IMG/VR virus record: IMGVR_UViG_3300040801_002597
Span: 1 to 33,609 of that record
Length of the DNA: 33,609 nucleotides
From: a virus
Reading direction: 5' to 3' (one strand)
The notes under the pieces are model-generated. The model worked only from the letters and a program-made list of their open reading frames with translations. It was not told the DNA's origin and searched no databases. The translations under genes and the position numbers were made by a program. Shown piece after piece: positions 32,935 through 33,609 of the stretch; the first letter of the stretch is position 1; each line of letters starts with the position of its first letter.

Positions 32935-33254
32935 CAATGCCAGAAAAACCAACAACAACCGAGATTGCACTACATAGGAAAGGAAAAGATATCAAAGGTA
33001 TTATCCTTGATTATAAGCAAACAGGAAGCGAGAGCGCCGAAACTTTTGCTACTTTCATTTATTCAGACGGCAGCAAAATTACGGGTAAATGGTATACGTG
33101 GAAGCCTTACATTGACTTAACGCCTGATTGGCGCTCAATAGCCCAATTGAAAGATAATACTTATCAGAAGGTTCAGGCATGGCTTGAGTGGGAAAAATCA
33201 AACGAGGCTGAATATAAACAGTATTTAGAGTTAAAAAAGAAATTTGAGGGATGA
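32931..33254 (+). CDS. Hypothetical protein (107 aa)
   Basis: ATG 32931 overlaps the upstream stop (ATGA). The ORF-track start at 32913 is trimmed. Confidence 0.6.
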   Translation: MTMPEKPTTTEIALHRKGKDIKGIILDYKQTGSESAETFATFIYSDGSKITGKWYTWKPYIDLTPDWRSIAQLKDNTYQKVQAWLEWEKSNEAEYKQYLELKKKFEG

Positions 33255-33257
33255 GTG

Positions 33258-33422
33258 ATGGAACATGTAAGCGTAAGGCTAGAATCTTTGATGGAAGATA
33301 AAACCAAGTGGGACGGGATGCCGATCAAAGGGTTAGCTAACTACTTGGAAACTATAATTGAACAAAACAAGCAAATAATATCTTTATTACAGAGAAAAAA
33401 AGCAGATAAGGACGATAGATGA
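33258..33422 (+). CDS. Hypothetical small protein (54 aa; below ORF-track cutoff)
   Basis: Hand-translated: MEHVSVRLESLMEDKTKWDGMPIKGLANYLETIIEQNKQIISLLQRKKADKDDR. The stop overlaps the next ATG (ATGA). Confidence 0.5.
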   Translation: MEHVSVRLESLMEDKTKWDGMPIKGLANYLETIIEQNKQIISLLQRKKADKDDR

Positions 33423-33609
33423 ATTTTAGTGAAGCATTAGAACAGATTAAAAAAGGTAAATTACTTAAACGCTCTGGCTGGAACGGCAAAGACCAGTTTG
33501 TTTTTTTGGTTAATGGTTCAGAGTTTAAAGTAAACCGTGCGCCTTTGTTGTGGATCTTTGAGGACGGTACAGACATAAAATATCGCCCTCATATTGATAT
33601 GAAGTATCA
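33419..33609 (+). CDS. 5' part of the DUF2829 (Tad2-family) gene, truncated by the window end (full gene 88 aa across the junction, ending at position 193)
   Basis: The sequence begins MNFSEALEQIKKGKLLKRSGWNGKDQFVFLVNG... The N-terminal F.EAL..IK.GK...R.GWNGK and C-terminal W.AS..DLMAEDW signatures match DUF2829 as I remember it. Confidence 0.7.
   Translation, partial: MNFSEALEQIKKGKLLKRSGWNGKDQFVFLVNGSEFKVNRAPLLWIFEDGTDIKYRPHIDMKY
33493..33609. repeat. Terminal overlap, copy B (identical to 1..117)
   Basis: Direct reading; see copy A. Confidence 0.95.

Overview
This window is a complete genome of an AT-rich tailed dsDNA phage whose morphogenesis gene order is P22-like (podovirus type). The first 117 nt are identical to the last 117 nt (1..117 = 33493..33609). 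The unique sequence is therefore 33,492 bp and closes into a circle or circularly permuted genome. One gene, a DUF2829 (Tad2-family) candidate, is cut by the window boundary.

Layout:
- (a) A rightward early operon starts at a Cro-like HTH gene (30114). It runs through about 20 tiny, mostly overlapping ORFs, crosses the junction and ends at 1056.
- (b) An intergenic control region (1057..1418) holds a candidate small RNA, promoters, 10-bp iterons and a hairpin.
- (c) The replication module (1419..3933) has a lambda-O-like initiator with intragenic iterons plus an AT-rich tract, and a DnaB-like helicase.
- (d) A leftward operon of six small genes (5408 to 3981) is driven by a perfect consensus promoter.
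- (e) A 19.5-kb rightward late operon (5532..24958) encodes TerS, TerL, portal, scaffold, P22-like coat, gp4/gp10-like neck proteins, three ejection-type proteins, fibres, a DUF1353 lipoprotein, a T4-type lysozyme and a VRR-NUC nuclease.
- (f) An AT-rich two-gene locus (25054..26101) encodes winged-helix proteins. The second has its own intragenic 21-bp repeats plus AT-rich tract, which looks like a second origin.
- (g) A leftward recombination/replication operon (30005 to 26076) encodes a Gp157/Gam-like protein, a Sak4-like ATPase, a DUF669 SSB-like protein ending in DDIPF, a Cas4-like Fe-S nuclease and an SF2 helicase.

I found no integrase, CI-type repressor, partition genes, tRNA, CRISPR array, reverse transcriptase or methyltransferase.

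The observations most worth a second look are the junction-split Tad2-like gene inside an island of unknown early genes, the two O-like initiator/ori units, and the promoter-plus-terminator-bounded small RNA candidate. All family assignments rest on motif recognition by eye and memory. No searches were run.
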